From the NCBI GenBank assembly GCA_905178155.1, contig CAJINV010000002.1, positions 2,771,217 through 2,835,216 of the forward strand: 64,000 bases of DNA, written 5' to 3'. Both the position numbers and the translations under genes were made by a program. Under the pieces are notes generated by a model. That model did no database searches and was not told the origin of the DNA. It saw only the letters and a list, made by a program, of their open reading frames with translations. Positions within the stretch are counted from its first letter, which is position 1, and each line of letters begins with the position of its first letter. This DNA comes from Amoebophrya sp. A120. Its lineage: Eukaryota > Protista > Dinoflagellata. Below, piece after piece: positions 13,082 to 26,523 of this stretch.

Positions 13082-16000
13082 ATGACAACTTCTGTTGAGG
13101 CCGCTGATAGTACAAGGAACAACAACACCGAGCAAGAACTACCAGTAGATCAATCTAGCGCTCTCTACGTCTCTAAATCTATCGCCCAGGAAAACAAGCT
13201 TTCTCAGCGCAGTTCGGAGCCCACCACTGGTACCCCCAGCACGGTTGGCAACGACATTTTGCTGTCTCGCGAGCAGCAGAGCTCGTCCACGAACTCCGGA
13301 GCCGAGGATTCCATGTCCTCCGCGACCGCCGCCGGCTCCACCCCGGCAGCCATGAAGCTGCAAGCCGACACTTCTGATCTGACCCCGACGACGGTCGCTC
13401 ATGGGGATGTTGCGGGTGCTGGTGACATCACGCCCGTTACACCCGCGCCGAAGGCAGAGCAGGGGAAGAAGGCGGAAGAGGAGGAGGAGGAGGAATTCTT
13501 GGTGTGCGAAGAAATTCCGGAACCAGGTATTGAAATTTTTGAGGTGCTATAATCCGCTTCTTGAATTACGTGCTGTTTCATTTTGCCAACAACGACAAGG
13601 TGATACCTTGGAGCATGAAAATCTTCACACTACATTTTTCCTAAATCCTATATCCCCAAGACCCGCGGAACAAGACATTTACAGACACCGGAAAAGTTAG
13701 TAGATCTTTATTTGGAACCGAACTGAAAGGAAATCTAAATCTTCAGCAACGTGCTACACGACATCACTCTTCAGGTATGCGCAACATCCCGTTGATCAAC
13801 GGTGTGGCGCAAGTTCGGGACGAAGACCTGGTCGGGGACGGCTCCGGCGACCAAAACATCTCCACCATTTCCGCGGATGAGGTCCGGGAGGAACTGAACC
13901 GCATCAAGATGCGCCTTCCCAAGCTGAAATTCGAACTGGAGACCCCGGAGCACATATGACAGTGCACAACTCCCCCTCCCCCTCTATTGTATAGCATGAA
14001 CGGCAATACAAGCATCCGCAATAATGCCGGTTTTGCATGACAAATCTGCACTGGAGTTGTGTAGCGCGATTTGGGCACTACCAGAAGTTGTCATGCATAA
14101 TAGTGACAAGGACAAAGCGTGGATTTGGTATTTTGCATGAGAAATGAGAACGAGGGGGGGTTGTGCACTCTCATAGCACATCCAGATGCTCCGCGATTTC
14201 CGGACCGAGCCGTGTGACTTGCCGCTGAGGCAGTGCTTGCAGAAACGGGGCAAGGGGTGTCTCAAGTACCACAACTCCCAGCACTTCCGCCGCCCGTTGC
14301 TGCAGGAGGATGGGTATCAAATGCAAAAATGTCTGGGTCTGGAAGAATGCGCGATTTGTCATGGAGTTTTTCCAAGCTCCACCAAGTCTGGAATGCAGGG
14401 CCTAGCATCACAGGTTTTGCAGCCCCTTGGTGATGCCCATTATGCATGAGAAATGCCATCTCAGCATGGCGAGAAATGGGGACCTTTTGCAAGTCATGCA
14501 ACACAGATTTTTGTATGATCCGCAACACGCATCACAAGTTCGCATCCTTCCAGACCCAGACACTTTTGCATTTGATAACGGGGAGACGCTGGCGTACTTC
14601 GACATGCTGTGTCGATTCGGCGACAACTGTCCGTTGATGATGGACTGCCCCTTTGCGCACTCGAAAACGGAATTGTTGGTCCACCCGGCGAAGTTCAAGA
14701 CGCGGTGCTGCGACAGCTTCAAGTGCTTCGACGACAACTGCTGCTTCGTCCACGAGGGGGACCGGGACCGGCGGGAATTCGCCGTGCACTACTCGTTTGT
14801 CACGGAGGCGCACCCAGATGACTTCCAGCCATTGACCTGCATCCCGGGGAATGAGAATTACGTCAAGCCGAGGGGTATGATCTTTTTATTTACTGGTTGA
14901 ATTATCTTCATCGAAGTTGACGTTCATCTTGTGGTTCACAAATGTCTAGCATGTGTCTACGTGGTCTTTAATTCTAAAACACAATCACAAATGTGCATTA
15001 AAAATCCTGTGCTTCTCTATGGAACAACAATAAATGCCAATGAAATTATATCACAAATCAAACTCTTACTCTTTAACTTTATCAGGCGGCAAGCTCTGTG
15101 GTTCGTACCCGAACCCCTCCAACTGCCCCTACGGCACCCGGTGCCGGTTCGCGCACCGGCGCCAGGAGCTTGGGAACCTCCTTTTCCGCCCGAGTGAGGA
15201 GAATGTCCAGGAGATTACGGATGAATTCTTAATTCTGAAGTACAAGACCAAATGGTGCCCCCACCTCTACCAGCACAACTGGACCTACTGTGTGTACGCG
15301 CACAACTACCAGGACTACCGGCGGAACCCGCAGGTCGGCTACGGCCCCGTGCCCTGCCCGTTTTGGGATCCCCGCGACACGGCGAAATCCAGCTACAACG
15401 ACCGGTGTAAGTTCGGCGCGCAGTGCCCTTTTTCCCACGGCTCGAAGGAGCGGGCGTACCACCCCCTGAACTTCAAGGTCTCCACGTGTCAGGACATTGG
15501 GCCGGGCGAGGACCGGGCGGAGTGCACGCGCGAGCCCTTCTGTGCGTTCTACCACAACGACTTGGATAAAAGACCGATCGTCCCCCACGTGATGAACTAT
15601 TCCAAACCCTTACCGATTGAGAACTTGGTGAAGTACCTGCAGAAGGACTTTTTCGACGCCGGGATCGGGTACAACCACAACGCCAAGCGGTTGAATATGC
15701 ATTGCAAAAATGTCTAGGTCTGGAAGGTTGCAACTTGTGATGCTGCATTTGGATACTACCAAAATCTGTATTGCATGAACAACAAAAGAGGTGCAGTTTT
15801 TGCCACGGCGAGTAGAGGGCATTTGTTCTCATGCGGTATAGGCATGAGGAAGCCCTCACAAAATCTGTGATGCTAGAAGGGCATGCATCACAGACGTCAG
15901 GAGTCATGCAAACTGTGCATGACAAACCTTGCATCCTACTTCCAGACATCCAGGGATATTTGCATTTGATATCGAACCAGAACGAACGGCTGGAGATCTT

Positions 16001-18017
16001 GAAGTCGGCGACCTTGTTATTTTGAGGAAAAACGTCCCCACCCCAGAGTTGTCATGTAAATCTGCATGCCAAAAAAGTTTCTCTTGCGGAGCCCCATGAG
16101 AGCCGTTTTCTAGTCGTGTTTTGGAATTTGTGATGCTAGAATCGGCATGATGTGCTAGATCTGTGATGCTTCGGAACTAGGTAAACTGGATTACACTACG
16201 AGGGCAAACTTGTCATGCGGAATAACCAAAGCTGGATGATTTGTCTAGCAGATTTCCCATTTTGACTCTGGTGTGGGTACGTTTTTACTCAGGATAGTTG
16301 TCCCCGGTGAAGAAGGCTTGCCTCCTCGACGGCGTGAATTTCGTGCAGCCGATCTCGAACTTGCGACCTTTCAAGGACTCGGTCCGGAACACGGAGAAGG
16401 CGAACCTGCAGAAAGTGAGCGGGGTGGGCACGATGCCGGAAACCTCGCCGAGTTCGTCCCCGGTTGTGCAGGGAAACAAGGGGTACGGGAGTGGCGATTC
16501 CAACTGGCGCGGCGGGGGTGGTGCAACTACATCCGGTGGGAACAACAAGGGTGCTGGGAAGTACAACGATGCTTCGTCTTGGGGTACCACCGGTCAACAG
16601 AACAACAACTCCTGGGGCTCCGGTGGTAAAAACGACAAAAACAACAACTCGTCCTCCTGGGGCGGTAACGACAAATCCGGGAATTGGAACAACGCGAAGG
16701 GGGGAAAAAAATCTTCCAAAGACAATTCCTACGGCTATGGGAAGGACAACAACGACCAGTGGGCCGCCGAGTGGAAGAAGGCCAAGGGCCAGACGGGCGG
16801 AAAAAATTCCTCTTCTTGGGACGACCAAAACTCTGGCTACAATGGCAACAAAGGCGGGAAAATGAACGCGAAATCCTCTGGAAACAACGGCAATTCTTGG
16901 GACAACAACCAGTCGTGGGCGGGAAACAACACAGACAACAACTCGTCTTGGACGAACAACAGCAACACTGGGATGAACAAGAACAACCAAAATCAGAAGG
17001 GGAATGGGAAGATGAATAAAGGGTCCAAAGAGACCGGGACCGCCGGCAAGAACCAGTACGGGGGAAAGAACGCCACTGATTCGAACAATACCGGGTCCAA
17101 TCCCTCCTCGGGCCTTTCCTACCCCGCCCGGACCTCCACGGTGACCGGCGCTGCACATCACAACCTGGTCACTGCGGACTTTGGGGACCAGTCCCCGTAT
17201 GCGCCGGCGCCACGGGCGCACCAGAGCATGGGCTACGGTGCAGGTGGGAACAACAACCCCTCTGGGGACACGCCGGAAGGACGATTGACCGCCCCCGCGG
17301 AACTGGTATTTCTTTGCTTCTGCTTTTTTTGTTCTTTCTTCTCGCACGTTTTAGTGTTTTAGGATTTAGGGGCTGGTTTGTTCTTCTGAACGACTTTCGC
17401 TAGTACTCGAGGAGCTACAACTTAGTGTAGACGAGTTTTGATCCTCATATAAAAATTGCGAACGAGTAGATTTTTTCCAAAAACAAATCCAACTACAGAC
17501 CCAAGGCCTGTTGGACCACATGACGGACCTGACGGGCAACCCCCTAGTGGACCCGAGCTCCCCGGGTGGTCTCGACCTGATGCTGAATCCCCTGTACAAC
17601 CCGTTCATGGCCCAGGCGTTGGCGGGGCAAACGCCCGGCGGCGCTCCGGATCATGGTGTTGGTGCCCAGAACTTGATCATGCCGGGAGCACCAGCCGGGT
17701 TCGGCGGAATGGGAGGTGCTTCTAACTTCAACCCGATGTTGCTCGGAGGTGTTGCCGGGAATCTGAATGTCCAGATGGGACAATTCTCGGGAGCAGGGAT
17801 GGACCCCATGGCCAACTTTGCCTTGCAAATGACCATGATGCAGCAGGGATTGGGAGCCGGGGCTGGAGCTGCAGCTGGTGTTGGTGGTCACGGTCTCATG
17901 CCGTTGCCGATGCCACAATCGACGTCGCAGAACAATCAACATGGTGGGTATGGCGCTCCGCAGCAGGGGAAAAAAGGAAACTCGAAAAACACGAAAAAGA
18001 ACAACCGATCGAAATAG
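13082..18017 (+). CDS. Unkempt-like tandem CCCH zinc-finger RNA-binding protein with Asn/Gly/Ser-rich C-terminus (complete copy)
   Basis: GT-AG introns 13527-13774, 14875-15085, 17306-17498 plus elements at 13955, 14315, 15696, 16018; all joins in frame to TAG at 18015-18017. Confidence 0.82.
13955..14175. mobile_element. Family B intronic element (duplicate of 4064)
   Basis: As 4064-4284. Confidence 0.9.
14315..14577. mobile_element. Family A intronic element (duplicate of 4424)
   Basis: As 4424-4686. Confidence 0.9.
15696..15971. mobile_element. Family A intronic element (duplicate of 5805)
   Basis: As 5805-6080. Confidence 0.88.
16018..16296. mobile_element. Family F intronic element
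   Basis: tattttgaggaaaaacgtcccca / tgggtacgtttttactcaggata; repeat cttgt/gttgt; removal gives SATLSPVKKAC. Confidence 0.88.
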
Positions 18018-21000
18018 ATTTCGCGTTGGAGGTGTTGTGGAAAAGTTATACACAACAGCATAAAATGCATACGACAACATCAAAAAATCAGACTTAATAT
18101 ACCAGTATGCGTAAGAGGACTACAGGACGCCAACATCGTCCCAAAAACTTCTGTTGCACATCAAGCCATACGTTTCGCACGACCAAACAGAAAATGTGAT
18201 TTTCAAAATTTTCTACCGGTATAAGAAATGGATATGGAACAAGCTGGGACGATCGGATTTGACGATGACAATATATAAGTAGAAGTGCACGACGTCACAA
18301 CACGACAACGACTCCCCTGACAATAAAACTAGAAGTACATTACGGCAAACAACAAGTTTCGCGGCGACGAGAGCAATAGTAAAACACCCATTCTTGTACA
18401 ACTAGTACTAAACATCTACACGACACAGCACAACAAACATCGAGATGAGCACAACAAGATCAGATTACAACAAGTCTACTTTGTTTCGGAAACGGAAAAA
18501 ATCTCTTTCTCCCCGTCTTGTAGTACCTTCGGCACGACCCGCCATTGGACTACAGACGGGACGATTAAGAGTTTTTTATTTCAACACATTATATTGGCGA
18601 GCTAAAAAACACCATCACGACCGAGGCTGCTACGGAATAGTTGACACAACTTGTTGCGGCACAACTACTTTTGGCAGTGGCCACTGGAAGTAGATGAAGC
18701 AGCCTCGGTTCTTACTTTATTTCCAGAAGAACTTTTTTTCGTACCACCCTAAAATTTTTTCTTTCTCAAGTTAACATTTTCAAAAAATTGATAGAGCGCG
18801 ACAACCATTGCAGCTTCCTGTCGGGTAGAGTTTTTCCTCACTATACCACCGTCAGAAGTGCAGTCGTTATCTTTAGCTCTTCCACGTAGTTTATTTCGAA
18901 AAAAACGTAGCTCGTCCAGCACTTTGATGTCTAACCCAAATCTAGAGAAAAATCCAGTTCGACCTAAAAAATCTTTTTCAAAAAATCTTTACCTCGATTA
19001 TTTCTCCAGTCTTAAAAATGTCCCACGCCATTAAGTTCTTTGATTTATTCAAGAAACAAAAACCTCACTACTTACCCCCGGCCGCGCAAGATGAATACTT
19101 AAGAACTTTTCAACAAACTTGTTCCGAAGAATTCGATTTCCATGAAGACCTAAGCAGTATGATTTTTCAGGCCTTTGCTCCACCTAGAAGATAATTCCAT
19201 CGCGATGTTGGGGAAGATCGATAATGACGCGTGCTTGATTTATTCAACCTGGAGGTAGTACTCCTAAAAATTGCAGCCTTCTGGTTGCATCCTTCTTGCA
19301 CGCGGCCGCGATAGTAGTTAGACCCCCTGCAGCGGGGTCCGACTCCGAACCAAAACGATAGCATTTCGTGAACCCTGTAGTCGTGCGTGTAGGAGCTTCT
19401 TCTCGACGAATTAGGCCTGAATAAATCTATACACAACTACGACAGAGCGCTGCAACATCTTTTAACTGCTATACGACGATGTAGTCGAGGGTGTAAAACT
19501 ATAGCATAGCGACCGCAGCGAGAAGATGACGACAAACATAAAAGGTCTTTCAATTTTATTTCTATCCAAGCTGCATAGCTTCATTTTCTGAGTCAACTTA
19601 TCCCATATTTAGGTCATGTTGCTGGTCTACTACACAATACATTCAACACATGGCTGCTGCTCGACTTCTGGTCTTAAAATATTTTCAACAAAAAGTAAAT
19701 TATCGGTTCAAAGAGAAAGTATACTGTAAAAAGAACGGATTGTCTCGTCCAGCTTTTGCTCGCTATTGTCAACACATCAACTATAGTAACTTACAACTAC
19801 CAGTTGTACACTAGGCAAGAGTTGCAAGCAGAGAACCGATCATACCTGTAAAAGGTGGACAACTACTAGTAGACATCCGAAAATAAATTTATAAACCGCA
19901 TTTACAAACAAAAAGCGACCTCCGCGTGGCTGAAAATGAAAATCATTTGAAGCAAGAAGTCAACAACATCAAACGACAGTGGCGGCAAGCCTACATTTCA
20001 TCCACAAAAACTACTTACACAACTACAGCCTTTGGTAATATATAAAGCTGGTTTTCAAGAACAAATCAGTCGAAATATTATCCATTGGCCCATTCAATAC
20101 AGTGAAGAACAACCTTGAGCAGAACATTCCATCGAGAAGAAGCAGATGAAGCAGTCGAGAGAAAATTCAAACTATAAGACAAAATTTTGTAATATGAGTC
20201 CGACCTGTACTGGTACAATTTGAATTTTGCAGTCGAGAAGAAGTCCTCTTCATCTTTTTTTTTTCGCACCAGTAGAACTACTACAAGCCTGTTGTGTACG
20301 TACCTACTAGTAGTCGAAAAATAGAAGATGATTGAGAAGTTCACCGGAGGTGGCAGTACTACTTCTAAAAGTCTGAGTGGACTACTTCTAAATTTTCCTT
20401 CAAATAACAATTTTCTTTTCAAAAGCAATTTTATCAAAAAAACACAGCAGCAGCCAGCAGGAAGTAGTGCAGCTGCTCGATAGATTGTTTAGGAGGCAGT
20501 GTAGGCTGAAAAATTTTAATATGAGGTGGATTTTTTATGAACAGGTATACGGGATTCAACATCGAGCTTCGAGAAGGCGGTAGATGGAAGATGAAAAAAA
20601 TTGCTTCACAGGGAACGATTCAAGTAGACCAGCACACGACTTAGTATTGAATGGCTTTCGTTTCTAATTCTCAATTTCATTCCAAAATATTGCAGCATTG
20701 CGGCACGACGTCATCAAGATCGTCAGTGCAGCACGCTTCGACGAATCATGTGGAGTGTTCTTCGGGAATATTTTTAAAGCTGTTCTGTGAGGCTGCAGTG
20801 GCGAGCTACAGTCGCAAAATTCAAAAAGTCCACGACTGTAGTTGAGATGGAATTAAGCGAGATCTGTGGATGCAAAATTTTTCACAAATTCTTTCGAACT
20901 AGCGGGAGAAGGAGGATGAGGATCTTCCGAAGAAAAACGTGGTAGAACCGAACGCAATTTTACGCAAGATCATTTTCGCACAAGATCAGCAATTAAACCT

Positions 21001-21380
21001 GTTGTAGTTGCCCGACACTCATGCTCCGGAATTATTCGAAGTGCAAATATTGATAAAGTCGATGATGAAAGCGAATTTTTCTTTTTCCGTACTATGCTCA
21101 CGACAGCGACCGCAACAAAGTATCAATCTTTTACAATAAGTGATTCTGATTATCTTCGTGCTACACATGTTTCATCCATCATGGAGCTCGTCCTGGCTTT
21201 AGAACAAAGCGGTGAAGATACTCTTGTTGCCCTTCTTTTCGCACAGTAGCTCTAGCTTCCAAGAAGTTTTAGAGCGACGACGACATGAATCAGACCTAAT
21301 CTCGTTTTATCTTCCCTTATTTGAGTTATTCCCCCAAGAACAATTAGCGACACGTACACCTCCTACACGATCAACAAGAA

Positions 21381-23660
21381 ATGTTCGGTCCCGCCCCGCC
21401 CTACCCGCCTGCGAATGGGCAGCACCACATGATCGGTGGCACGAAGAAGGTTTACTCCGCCGTGGACTTGTTGAAGTCGAACGACGAGCTCCTTGCGGAA
21501 CAGAATCGAGAGGAGGACGCGTATAAAGCCTCCGTGTGGGACAGGATACTGAAGAACAAAAAACGGTCCCTTCAGCTCTTCGGCCCGGAAAACATTGATC
21601 CCGAGCCGCTGGACACGGTGGATGTGCCAAAGTGGAAGGCCTTGAAGCTGGATTTCAAGAGATCAAACGAGTATGGGTTGATCGAAGAGAAGGTCGGGGT
21701 GAGGAGAGGTATAATTCATTGGTGTTGATGAATGCGATATTTTTATCGCTGTATTTTTATCCTAATGTTGCTTTCTGTTACTGTGCTTGTCGATGCCATA
21801 CTACAAAAGCAGGCTTCTACTCTATTGTTTGCGTCTGTTCATTTGATACAGATTTTACCATTGTATGAGGAGACCACGATCACCAAATCTCAACAAACCA
21901 CTCACCCAGGCGGCGCCGGTATCCCGGCCATGCAAGCTTCCCTGACCGCCATCGAGGGTCCCGCCGGTATGCTTGCCCTGGAATTCGGTGGCGCCACCGC
22001 GAGCAGCAGGAACATTGATCAGAAAACCACGCGTGTCATCGCCCCGGACGCGAAAACCTCCGAAACCGCACTCGCCATGCTCCCCCAGCCGGTCAACACC
22101 GTCGCGAATGGACCTTCCAGCAATAGTAATCAGCAGCAACTCTCCCTCGCCCACCAGATGGGCGGGAACGAAGCCGGGCCCGCGAAGCCACAAACTACTC
22201 CTGATGAATCGACCAAGCAAGCGAATAAGATCGTCCACGATTCGCAAGTGCAACTTTCGATTTACCGAGAGGGGGATCAGATCATCAACTTGGAAAACCC
22301 CGATCAGCGACTCCGTGCGTTAGAAAAACCGCAGTGGCATAGGCCCTGGAAGCTACACAAAGTGCTAGCTGGTCACACCGGTTGGGTCCGCTGCGTCGCG
22401 GTTGACCCGTCGAATGAATGGTTCTGCACGAGTGGGCAAGACCGGCTGATCAAATTTTGGGACTTGGCGACGGGAACGTTGAAGTTGACATTGACCGGGC
22501 ACAGTTCCTGCGTCCGCGCATTGGAGATCTCGAAACACCACCCGTACTTCTACTCGGGAGGGGAGGATAACGAGGTATAGAAAAGATGAGACTTATTTCA
22601 TTGTGGCAAAAAATTTTTGTCATGCGCTTTTTGCACAAACGCCGTAAGAGCTCTATTGCTATCATGCAACACAAATTCACTTGAACAACTCAATGCGCCT
22701 TATTGCACCACCGCATGACAGGTTCGCTGTTGGGATCTGAACACAAACAAAATCATTCGAACCTACCACGGCCACCTCCAAGCGGTTTATTCCCTGAAGC
22801 TCCACCCCACCCTGGACATTCTCGCCTCGGGCGGTCGTGATGGAACGGTCCGAATTTGGGATATTCGGTCCCGATCGCAGATTTTCGCCTTAACCCACGA
22901 AGCCGCCGTCCACTGCTTGGCCAGTCAGGCCGCGGAGCCGCAGTTTATCTCCGGGAGTGCGGATAACACGGTATACATAGTTAGAAAGATAGTACTATTG
23001 CGCATGCGCTGTAGTAGATGTATTTCACCCTGCATGAGACGAGGGAATGCAAACTATAGATACCGATTTCTAAGTATTTCGATTTTCTCTTCTACTCGTC
23101 CTGCATCTCTATTGCGCAACATCGACCTACTTCACATGAGCAACAAATCCTTATCACAGGTGAAGCTCTGGGACCTTGCGGCCGGTAAATCCATGGCGGT
23201 TCTGACGAACCACAAAAAGTCCATTCGCGCCGTCGCGATCCACCCCAAGGAGTACACCTTTGTCTCCTGCAGTAACGCGCAGAACAAAGTCTGGCGGTGT
23301 CCAAAGGGCGTGTTTGAGCGCGACATCTACGGCCACGACAGCATCATCAACGCCTGCGCGATCCGGGAAAATGAAGACGGATCAAGTATTTTAGTCGGCG
23401 GCGGAGACGACGGTTTTCTCCACTTCTGGGACTGGAAAACGGGGTACTTGTTTCAATCCATCGAGGGCAAGCCGCAGCCGGGGTCTTTGTCAAGTGAGAA
23501 CGCGATCTTCGGGATGGCGTTTGACCAGTCACAGACCAGATTAATAACCGCGGAGTGCGATAAGACGGTGAAGATTTACAAACAAGACTTTGACGCGGAT
23601 GAAAAGTCGCACCCGATCGGAAATTGGCGCGGGTTTCTGTCGAAAAACAGGAAGAGGTGA
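21381..23660 (+). CDS. PLRG1: Pleiotropic regulator 1 / Prp46, WD40 spliceosomal NTC component
   Basis: [33 protein letters not shown]; [19 protein letters not shown]; [12 protein letters not shown]...[18 protein letters not shown]; introns ~21693/21710-21851, 22575-22721, 22971-23159. Confidence 0.93.
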
Positions 23661-24067
23661 TAGGACTGATAATTATCCCGGTATTTCTTGTGAAAGGAAG
23701 AGGGAAGAAGTAGATTGTGCCGTAGAGGACAAACGTGAATCTAGTATCCTTTCTCGAACGTTGTGGCTATTCAAATCTCACCCAGGCGAGAAAAGTCTGA
23801 AAGCGGTAAATCAAAAACAAGTCTACACCTAGAATAAGGATTTGTGTGACCGTCTGCAGCAACAGCGCTGTTCTGTCCGTTCCTGCAGTATGCGAGAGAA
23901 GAGTGACGAGCAGAGACGAGGGATTGCTTAGTTATTCGAGAGCATTTTTCCTGGCATGACCATGGCAACAGAGTTTTTTCTTGGTACGGTGAGTGCCAGT
24001 TTCGTCAAGAAGAATCAAAGCAAGAAGCGAGAGGTACGCGTTGCGGTACTTCTTCGAAAAACCAAAA

Positions 24068-26523
24068 ATGCCTGCCCCGTCGTGGTTTTCGTCCGCGGTG
24101 CCATCTTTCTTCGCACCGTCCAACAGGCAGCTACAGCAGCAGCAGCATCTTCAGCAGCAAAACCACAACAATCTTCCGCAACCAGAATACTTCACCCCGG
24201 GAAGGAAATTGCCACCGCCGGTCCCGCTAACCAACGAGGAGGTTTTCGTTTTGGTCACCACAACACTAGTTCTCACCTATCTCTTCGTCTGCGTCTGCGA
24301 TTTGTGCTGGTTTGTGGGGCGGAAGGTTTTCCGGATTTGTTTACTTCTGTGCGATAGTGGAACGAGGGTTGTTTGTTGGCTTTTTTGCAGGAGTAGAAGA
24401 GGAAGGAACAGAGCAGAAAATCAAAATACTAACTCTCTCCTCTTCGAGATCGCGGACGAGTTTGAATTTCACGAGATTTTGGAAGAGCAAGACCTACGGC
24501 TGGCGCAAGCGGTAATAGCCTCGGCCGGCGGTAAAATCGAACTAGAGATGCTGAGTGAGGAAATTAACATCGTGCCGGCGGTGGTCGAGGTGGACCACGG
24601 GGTGGAGATGGAAGAAGATGAAGAGGACGACAACGACACGGAGCTACGCAGAACAACATCCGTCGAGCAGAATGGTTCTTCCAACGGCGAGGAGAATGAA
24701 GACGCCCACAACGAGGACGAGGATCAAGTTGAGATTCTGGACGAGGAGATCTATGTGCACCACGACGGGGGGCCTCAGCGGTACGAGGAGCGTGAGCAGC
24801 TTCCTAGTGTAAGTGAAGGCCGGGTTCGGGTTGTTTCTGCTGCGCAGAGGGATGAACTTCTACATGATCAGGAGTATCTGCACGCCGACCAGTCGTCGCG
24901 TAGGCAACAGCACCTCGCCGAGCAGCTCACCCGGGAGAACTGGGAAGAGAAGATTTTACCGGAACTGGAGCAGAATTTGCAGCAGTTCCAACTACGAGTG
25001 GCAGCAGCTTCTGACTGTGTAATGCTAGTAGAACAAGTCGTGGCGGAGAAAGACTACGAGCAACCCCTTACCCCTTCAACGATCGAGGGTTCCCCGTTGT
25101 CCCCGTCGACGATAGAGTACGAAAGCTGTAGTGGTGGTGTAGTTCTCCATCCGCAGAGCAGCACAAAGACGAGGAGCAGCGGATTTTCTAGTACCGCCAC
25201 GACCCCATTGACCACGAACTTTGGTCCGCCGTCGACCAGCAGCTCGTATTCTTCCTCATCTGCAACGCCTCTGCTCAACATCCTCTCCGCCACCTCATCC
25301 GCGTGTAGCAACTACCTTTTTCGCGACATGAGTGGTGATCAGCGCGGAGTAGAGACGACTAGCACTTCAGCTTCAGCTACTGAAACTCCACGGGGCGCAG
25401 CCGCAGCAGAGCTGAAAGAGAAGCAACCAATTTTTTTGAGAAATGAAAACAAGAAGGCGGTTGAAGGTATGAGGGGAGAAACAATAGCACTCTGTGGTCG
25501 CGGAAGGATATGTGTAAGTGGATGATTTAGATGTAGCCGTCAAGGAGCTCAAGAAGAAGAGCAAGATTGGTTTATGCTGGTTGGCTCTTCTTGGGGAACT
25601 ACTGTAACTAAGGGTTTTGTCCTGCTGCACTACGTATGTCCATACCTGTACCACAAGTGTAGGTAGTTTTCTGTTTTCCATAAACCGCACGAAGGAGCTG
25701 CTTCGGCGGAAACTACTCGGGAATAAGCGAAGGAAGTCGCTAAGGAATTCCACGTCGTCTTCCAGGAGTGTAGCGTCTTCGAAGGTAGTAAGGCGCTCGT
25801 CCTCCAGAAATAGCCCTGTGGTCCAGAGTAGCAAATGCAAAAGTGTCTGGGTCTGGAAGATTTCTAGGTTTGTCATGTATATTTCGCATGAGCTATCATG
25901 ATGCCTGTAATGCATGACCTAGCATGACAGATTTTTTGCGGGTATCTTGATGCCTATCCCGCATGACAAATGCCCTCTCCGCGGAGCAAAAACTGGACGC
26001 CTCTTGCTGCTCATGCAATACAGATTTTTTTAGATTTCAAAAATAGCATCACAAGTTGCATTCTTCCTGACCCAGACATTTTTGCAGTTGATACAGAGCA
26101 GGCGAAGCAGCATTGCCAGCACCGCAAGTAGTTCCAAGAACACCTCTGCCGGTATATTACAATGAAAAATGCCCCCACCGCTGAATCGTTGGGAGCATTT
26201 GTATTGCAAACCTTTCCAAATGAAACATTCGCTCTCTTGCATCTATCAGCATCACAGGTTTCCAATCGTGAAGAGCAAAAATTTGTATTGCAAAAGACCC
26301 CAGCAAGAGCGGCGCTTGTCATGCAAGCGATGCGATACACTGCTAGACTCTGCATCAGAAAGATTCACACTCCTTTCATGCATGACAAAAAGTTTTCATT
26401 TGGAAACTTCGCATCACAAATTTTTGCAATTTCAGGAGTGGGGGGCACTTTTCACTGTAATACGGTACCGAGAATGTTGAGAACCTCGCAGCATTACGCG
26501 CGCGGCCGTGGCTGCGGTCGTGA
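24068..26523 (+). CDS. Hypothetical protein with one hydrophobic segment, acidic and Ser-rich regions; 3' exon structure uncertain
   Basis: Long ORF to 25525; a Ser/Arg-rich frame from ~25692 stays open to TGA 26521-26523 after removing elements at 25829 and 26155; the link between the two parts is not resolved. Confidence 0.5.
25829..26093. mobile_element. Family A element (left end TAG rather than TAT)
   Basis: Family A TIR; repeat cagag/cagag. Confidence 0.88.
26155..26462. mobile_element. Family G element
   Basis: tattacaatgaaaaatgccccca / tgggggcacttttcactgtaata-type TIR; repeat cggta/cggta. Confidence 0.88.

Larger units (their letters stand above)
9892..16220. repeat. Copy 2 of the duplication
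   Basis: Matches 1-6329. Confidence 0.95.

Noticed and set aside
16289-17347. 352-aa minus-strand ORF
   Set aside because: Antisense shadow of the low-complexity plus-strand exon.
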